Below, piece by piece: positions 27,322-32,000 of a DNA stretch of 32,000 nucleotides. Origin of the DNA: Candidatus Scalindua sp. Lineage in GTDB: Bacteria > Planctomycetota > Brocadiia > Brocadiales > Scalinduaceae. The stretch lies in NCBI GenBank assembly GCA_031316235.1, contig JALDRA010000001.1, forward strand, positions 690,001-722,000. Direction: 5' to 3'. Within the stretch, counting starts at the first letter, position 1. Every line of letters starts with the position of its first letter. A program made the translations under genes and the position numbers. The notes below the pieces were generated by a model. That model was not told the DNA's origin. It searched no databases and worked only from the letters and a program-made list of their open reading frames with translations.

Positions 27322-27546
27322 ATGACTAAACTCTTAGAAAAAGCATTCAGCCAAGCCTCAAAACTACCAGAATCATCTCAGGATGCCATTGCGGCAATCA
27401 TATTGGAAGAATTAAAAGATGAAAAGAAATGGAAAACAGCATTTGCCAATTCTCAGGATTCACTTTCGAAACTTGCAGCAGAAGTTCGCAATGAGTCTGA
27501 AAAAGGAAAAACGCTCCCATTTGATCCTGCCTCCAGGAAAAAATGA
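27322..27546 (+). CDS. Type II antitoxin (partner of the ParE/RelE-like toxin)
   Basis: 74 aa, LPESSQDAIAAIILEELKDEKKW pattern. ATGA overlap with the downstream toxin gene. Confidence 0.65.
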   Translation: MTKLLEKAFSQASKLPESSQDAIAAIILEELKDEKKWKTAFANSQDSLSKLAAEVRNESEKGKTLPFDPASRKK

Positions 27547-27812
27547 TCTCCCACACAACAAAAGAGTTTTGGTCACTCTTTGATTTACTTCCAGAAGCAA
27601 TCCAGAACCAGGCCATTAAAGCATATAAAGCGTGGAATAACAATCCCAACCACCCAAGTCTCCATTTTAAATCCATTCACAGCAAAGAACCTCTCTATTC
27701 TATTCGTATTAGCCGTGGCTATCGAGCACTTGGGTTAAAGGAAAGCAACACTATTACGTGGTTCTGGATTGGTTCGCATTCAGAATATGAGAAACTCATT
27801 TCCAGGTTTTAG
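27543..27812 (+). CDS. ParE/RelE-superfamily type II toxin
   Basis: 89 aa; HPSLHFKSI...YSIRISRGYRALGLKE.NTITWFWIGSHSEYEKL is the typical C-terminal pattern of this toxin group. Confidence 0.7.
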   Translation: MISHTTKEFWSLFDLLPEAIQNQAIKAYKAWNNNPNHPSLHFKSIHSKEPLYSIRISRGYRALGLKESNTITWFWIGSHSEYEKLISRF

Positions 27813-28036
27813 CTGAGTATTGTGTTTAGTGAGTTTAAGTTAATTCATGATTCTCAAGGTGAAAAAGATCAAATCTACTGTAGTCAAATTGTAGTCAACT
27901 CCAGCGGAATCAGCCAGAAACCACAGGAATCAACAGGAAAAGTAATAAGTTATAACTCGTTTTATAGTTAAATGATAGCGATATAACAGACACAATATCA
28001 GGCACTTATATATTTTGTTAAAAATGTCCTTTATAC

Positions 28037-28062
28037 GACTCTTAATCAGTGGGTCGTAGGTT
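28037..28062 (+). repeat. 26-bp direct repeat of the tRNA-Lys internal segment (candidate att site)
   Basis: gactcttaatcagtgggtcgtaggtt is identical to 10352-10377. Confidence 0.8.
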
Positions 28063-28088
28063 TTGATATTTTGACCTCTTATAATTTT

Positions 28089-28163
28089 TTAAATCTCAAT
28101 CTGCCATTTTTGCAAATCCTTCTCTCTCATCCCGAGATACTCCATCGCTTTGGATCCATCCAT
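28089..28163 (-). pseudogene. Truncated homolog (24 codons) of the small gene at 14145-14330
   Basis: MDGSKAMEYLGMREKDLQKWQIEI* versus MSQNGLVEDIRKREKDLKKELV.... The DNA shares gagagaaggat.t...aaaa. Same RBS context. Confidence 0.5.
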
Positions 28164-28237
28164 CTTACCTCTCCTCCTTTTCTTCTTTGATTGTCATAGT
28201 TTGTCATATTGACTTTTTATCAGATTCATGGTATATG
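28164..28237. promoter_or_regulatory. Divergent regulatory module, copy 3 (TTGACT-17-TATATG toward the CDF gene)
   Basis: cttacctctcctccttttcttctttgattgtcatagtttgtcatattgacttt is near-identical to 10634-10684. Confidence 0.6.
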
Positions 28238-28320
28238 ATTTCCACATTGTTCACCGTCAGGTAAGGGCAAATTATGTTCTGTATGTTTAACTGTCAGGTT
28301 ACCAGATAAGGTTTTTGCGA

Positions 28321-28935
28321 ATGAGTGATTGTTGTGATATCAATTGTTCTATCGATGCCCTTCGTGGAAGGCAGCGAGGAACACTGCAAATTGTCCTCGG
28401 CATCAACACTGTTATGTTCCTGGTTATCGTCGTGGCAGCTCTTTATGGCAATTCAACCGCATTGCTGGCCGACAGTCTTGATAATCTCGGAGATGCTTTT
28501 ACATATGGCCTTAGCTTGTACGCCGTTTCCAGGGGCGTTACCGTTAAGGCCAAGGTCGCACTGTTTAAGGGTGGGCTTATTTTCTTAGCAGCATACGCCG
28601 TAACTGCCCAAATTGTCTACAGGCTTTTTGTCCCGAGCCTCCCCGTCTTCGAAGTTATGGGTATATTCAGTCTTCTCGGTCTTGCAGCAAACTCCCTTTG
28701 TCTTTACCTTCTTTGGCGGCATCGTCATGAAGATGTGAATATGAGTTCAGTGTGGGAGTGTTCACGAAACGACATTGCATCTAATCTTTCGGTTTTTGTG
28801 GCGGCTGGAACGGTTTGGTTTACTGGTTCAAGATGGCCAGATATCCTGGTCGCGCTAGGTCTCGTATGCCTCTTAATGCGTTCTGCGTTTCGCGTCATTT
28901 CATCAGCCATAGTGGAGCTTCGTAAAGCAACCTAA
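28321..28935 (+). CDS. Cation diffusion facilitator (CDF) family transporter, membrane domain only
   Basis: ALLADSLDNLGDAFTYGLSLYAV signature in TM2, about 6 TM segments, Cys-rich N-terminus (SDCCDINC). Confidence 0.75.
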   Translation: MSDCCDINCSIDALRGRQRGTLQIVLGINTVMFLVIVVAALYGNSTALLADSLDNLGDAFTYGLSLYAVSRGVTVKAKVALFKGGLIFLAAYAVTAQIVYRLFVPSLPVFEVMGIFSLLGLAANSLCLYLLWRHRHEDVNMSSVWECSRNDIASNLSVFVAAGTVWFTGSRWPDILVALGLVCLLMRSAFRVISSAIVELRKAT

Positions 28936-29131
28936 TGTTAATATTTTCCATCTGGTAATTTGGAATTTAACAAACTGTATTGAAACACTATTCACCATTC
29001 TGTTTCGTACTTAATAACTCATATTACTCGTATATAACTCGACTTCGTTTTCGTCACAACCTCCGCCCCCCTACTTGACTGTATATTGTATTAACGGGGA
29101 GAATTTACGAATGACAAACTGTTGTTTATAA

Positions 29132-29483
29132 ACTACTATATGGACATGGAACAACGACATTGAAGAATATGTAACCATTACCGGCAGAGTTCCATTCGGT
29201 GAATGGCTTTTTGGCCTCAAGGATGAAATGGCTCAGGCAAAGATTCTTGCACGAATTAGAAGAGCTTCCTTTGGAAATTTTGGAGATTGGAAGAAAATCA
29301 AAGGAACTAAAGGGATTTTTGAAATGCGCGAACATTACCGACAGGGCTACCGCATCCTCTACACCGTTGTAAAGAAAAAGTTGGTTCTGTTACTGGCCGG
29401 ATCAACGAAAAAAGACCAGAAAAAAAATGATTGCCAAGGCGGAAGAATATTTGGCTGATTATGTAGAAAGGACAAAACCATGA
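29132..29483 (+). pseudogene. HigB-like 'addiction module killer' toxin (COG3657-type): no canonical start, +1 frameshift in an A8 run
   Basis: GRVPFGEWLFGLKD..AQAKILARIRRASFGNFGDWKKIKG..GIFEMREHYRQGYRILYTVV...LLLAGSTKKDQKK. Removing one A from 29420-29427 restores ...MIAKAEEYLADYVERTKP* ending in an ATGA overlap with higA. Confidence 0.6.
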
Positions 29484-29788
29484 CAAAAAAAGCAAGTATA
29501 CCGTTTGATAAAACAAGTAAGGATCTGCTAAAAAATCCTAAAGTTGCTGCCAAGTATCTTGAAGAGATACTTGCTGATGGCGACATGGAACTGTTTACGG
29601 CTGCCCTGAAAGATGTGGCTGACGCACGAGTAGGAAGCATTACCGCTTTATCAAGAGAGACACACCTGAACAGGGAACAACTGTACAAAACTTTATCAAA
29701 AAAAGGTAATCCGAGGCTGGAAACCCTGACAAAGGTTCTTCATGCCGTAGGGCTGCGGCTTTCTGTGATGCCGGAAGCAACAGTGTAA
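29480..29788 (+). CDS. HigA-family 'addiction module antidote' HTH antitoxin (COG3636-type)
   Basis: LKNPKVAAKYLEEILADGDMELFTAALKDVADARVGSITALSRETHLNREQLYKTLSKKGNPRLETLTKVLHAVGLRLSV. Confidence 0.8.
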   Translation: MTKKASIPFDKTSKDLLKNPKVAAKYLEEILADGDMELFTAALKDVADARVGSITALSRETHLNREQLYKTLSKKGNPRLETLTKVLHAVGLRLSVMPEATV

Positions 29789-30262
29789 ATTGTCATCTTT
29801 ATCCGCCTCCCCTTTTTTATTGCAACAGTATGAGAAAAAGCTGTCAACTATGATTGAATAATTTTCAACAAAAAAAAGATAAACTTAACCTTCTATGATA
29901 TAAATACTTAAATGAGGCATTTCGCTTTCTTCCATTGTGTGTTCATTTTTTGTAGACATTTCTCCTGGAACACACATTTAACGATTCTTCCTATCCGCTC
30001 ATAAGACTTAAACATAACCGTAACAATATAAGCAAATTACAATATTTCTTTTCCTTCCGTAAACTCTGGCATGAAAATTGTCCATGTTTACATTGAAAAG
30101 TTTGTTATGCACATATACTGCACCCCTTTAAATAAGCAGGTGTAATTTTGGAGTATTTTACTCTATAATATTACCATAGGTGATAGTAGAAGTCTTATTA
30201 AATCTAAGTTGGGTAGAATGCTTTATGTTTAAAGTAAAATTAAAAAGAAATGGAGGCTTAAG

Positions 30263-30598
30263 ATGAAATCATTAATGATTGTAATGCTTATGATAATCGC
30301 TGGAGTACTGATATTCGATGCAAAACCAGTGACAGCACAGACAACACCGACAGCTAAAGCTAGAAAACCAGTGACAATCAAACCAAAGCCTTGGGTAAAC
30401 CCTGAAACGGGAGTAGGTAATAGGATGTCTCCTGAAGCGAGGACCTTAGCGGCTCAAAGGATGAGATTACCTGAATCTCAAAGGAGAGCGCTTAATTTGT
30501 TGGATCTAGGGATAGAACCGTATGATAATAACAATGGAGTAGACTATGAAGAAGGAATTTGGCGCTTTTTGAAAGATTTTGCTTTACTTATAAAATAG
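30263..30598 (+). CDS. Small secreted hypothetical protein
   Basis: ggagg RBS and signal-peptide-like MKSLMIVMLMIIAGVLIFDAKPVTAQ. Confidence 0.5.
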   Translation: MKSLMIVMLMIIAGVLIFDAKPVTAQTTPTAKARKPVTIKPKPWVNPETGVGNRMSPEARTLAAQRMRLPESQRRALNLLDLGIEPYDNNNGVDYEEGIWRFLKDFALLIK

Positions 30599-30616
30599 AA
30601 AGTTTGATTAAATATC

Positions 30617-30781
30617 AGCGTTGTCCGGTTAGGAATTTGCACGTGCGGCTTTTGTCATACCCGAGTGCTTTTATCGGGTATCCAGAGAGTCTCATTCATC
30701 CTGGATTCCCGCTAAAAACATGCGGGAATGACCTCTTTTGAACAATAAATTTAATACGCAAAAACCTAACCGGACAACGCT
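30617..30781. repeat. MITE family 2, copy 2, with about 10-bp target-site duplication
   Basis: TIRs agcgttgtccggttagg / cctaaccggacaacgct. gattaaatat flanks both sides. The internal region aligns with copy 1. Confidence 0.8.
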
Positions 30782-30788
30782 GATTAAA

Positions 30789-30957
30789 TATACTAAAACC
30801 GATTTGGTTTTCGGTTTTACCCGTCCGAACGGCTGACAGGCCGGGCAGGCCGGAAACCAAATCTTGGTGAAGGTATCCCCGGACAAAAAGCGCCGAGGAC
30901 TTTACTCGCTCAAATTTATCTCGGATTTTATCCGAAATCCAGTATGAGATGAGTATA
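30789..30957 (+). repeat. MITE-like repeat, family 1, copy F (longest; about 40-nt insertion in the first hairpin loop)
   Basis: tatactaaaaccgatttggttttcgg[...]ccggaaaccaaatcttggtgaaggtatccccggacaaaaagcgccgaggactttactcgctc...gatgagtata. Confidence 0.8.
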
Positions 30958-31034
30958 ACAAGGGAAATGCTGCTATAGCTACAATTCTTCCTGATCTTGA
31001 TACCACGTTATTACCCTCCCACCTGTTTCCTCAT

Positions 31035-32000
31035 TCACTGAGTCTGATAAGTATAATCCACATATTTCCATGTACCGCTCTTAAACCACAACCTGACATA
31101 AAGATTCTGTCCATTCAGGGGTATTCCTGATACTGTTGCTGATGTATTGAGATACTGGTTTTGACTATAAACATCTCCATATGGTGTCCTATCGAGTGAT
31201 TCATACGTTGTCCCAACTGCCAGCCAGTACTGAGTTACATTGGTACCTGGGCTCCACTCAAAGGCAACAGTTCCCGTTGTCAAGGTTGAGTCTGATGCCG
31301 GATTCATAATCACTGGCGGGTTTAAAACAACTTGAGGCCATGTTCCTGAAAGTTCATATGTGTCAGTTGTGTCATGAACACCGTTGACACCAAACGCTTT
31401 TATCAGATACGTTCCTGAAACAGTGGCATCATATGTGATAGTCTCTGTCTGGCAACCATCAAAGGTTGAAGAATCAAGTTTCACACCATTTGCATCATAA
31501 AGCTCTAGATTATAATTCAGACATGGGGTTTGAGGTGGTTTCATATTGAGCGTGATAGTTCCGGCACTTCCTACCTCTATCTTAAACCAGTCTTCATCCG
31601 TACTATTACATATCTTAGCATTATACGAATTTCCTGATTTAATGAATCCATAGGCTTGAGAAGAATTGTCATTCGGTTCATAAGAGTCGGTACATCCCTC
31701 AGTCTGGTAGGTATAGTCTACATGTATCCACTTTTCACCATCTTTATACCATAGTCGTACAAAGAGCGTATTCCCGTTTAATGGTATATTGGGCACGGTG
31801 GCAGATGTTGATATACCCTGGTTACGGCTGTAAACATCTCCGTATGGGGTATTATCAAGCAAAGCAAGGCTTGTCCCAATTGACAACCAATATTGACTAA
31901 CGCCACTGTCTGCGCTCCACTCAAAGGTAGAGGTAGATGTTGCTATTGGAGCTTCTTTTGTTGGACTTGTCATCTCTGGCGGCTTTACAGCACTTTCCGG
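31035..32000 (-). CDS. Secreted protein with a central pre-peptidase C-terminal (PPC)-like domain flanked by two copies of an ~80-aa repeat; N-terminus beyond the window
   Basis: YEPNDNSSQAY...DEDWFKIEV..GTITLNM...LELYDANG is PPC-like. The repeats are FEWSADSGVSQYWLSIGT...YVDYTYQT and FEWSPGTNVTQYWLAVGT...YVDYTYQTQ. The frame is open to base 32000. Confidence 0.7.
   Translation of the reverse strand, partial: PESAVKPPEMTSPTKEAPIATSTSTFEWSADSGVSQYWLSIGTSLALLDNTPYGDVYSRNQGISTSATVPNIPLNGNTLFVRLWYKDGEKWIHVDYTYQTEGCTDSYEPNDNSSQAYGFIKSGNSYNAKICNSTDEDWFKIEVGSAGTITLNMKPPQTPCLNYNLELYDANGVKLDSSTFDGCQTETITYDATVSGTYLIKAFGVNGVHDTTDTYELSGTWPQVVLNPPVIMNPASDSTLTTGTVAFEWSPGTNVTQYWLAVGTTYESLDRTPYGDVYSQNQYLNTSATVSGIPLNGQNLYVRLWFKSGTWKYVDYTYQTQ

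Noticed and set aside
28089-28163. The small minus-strand ORF next to the att repeat, first read as an excisionase/AlpA-type HTH (AMEYLG..DLQKW)
   Set aside because: DNA and protein alignment shows it is the truncated N-terminus of the 14145-14330 gene family. It is 24 codons long, too short for an HTH, so no Xis call is made.
10634-28237. The three repeated modules and the many direct repeats, considered as a CRISPR array
   Set aside because: The repeats are kilobases apart, not regularly spaced, and not interleaved with short unique spacers. No cas genes are present.

Overview
The window has three parts. (1) 1-10.3 kb is ordinary chromosome. It carries a partial sensor histidine kinase, a rubrerythrin-like protein, a MIO-type ammonia-lyase (HutH-like), a DUF4377-like protein, an SDR sugar epimerase, GmhA, a NusG/RfaH paralog, tRNA-Arg(TCG) and tRNA-Lys(CTT). 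The intergenic regions hold a structured 110-170 bp MITE-like repeat and a shared leader motif. (2) About 10.35-28.06 kb is an accessory island next to tRNA-Lys. It is bounded by a 26-bp direct repeat of an internal tRNA-Lys segment, and no integrase is visible in the window. It contains two uncharacterised gene blocks: a TM/coiled-coil protein with a 459-aa protein that has a decayed SEC-C tail, and a 510-aa unknown with a compact D12-like adenine methyltransferase. It also holds ISKra4-, IS1634- and IS701-type transposases; the IS701-type one is fused to a DUF4338/DruA-like domain and is interrupted. There are four decayed copies of a roughly 1.06-kb element encoding a Y1/HUH transposase with a DnaA_C-like HTH; copies 2 and 3/4 bracket a selO-doxX-dsbA-like block. 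A ParE/RelE-like TA pair completes the island. A conserved divergent regulatory module of about 50-80 bp occurs three times, each at the left edge of a cargo block. (3) 28-32 kb holds a CDF transporter, a HigB/HigA-like pair (toxin frameshifted in an A8 run), a small secreted protein, adjacent copies of the two MITE families, and a partial secreted PPC-domain protein. All family calls rest on motif recognition by eye; no database search was run.
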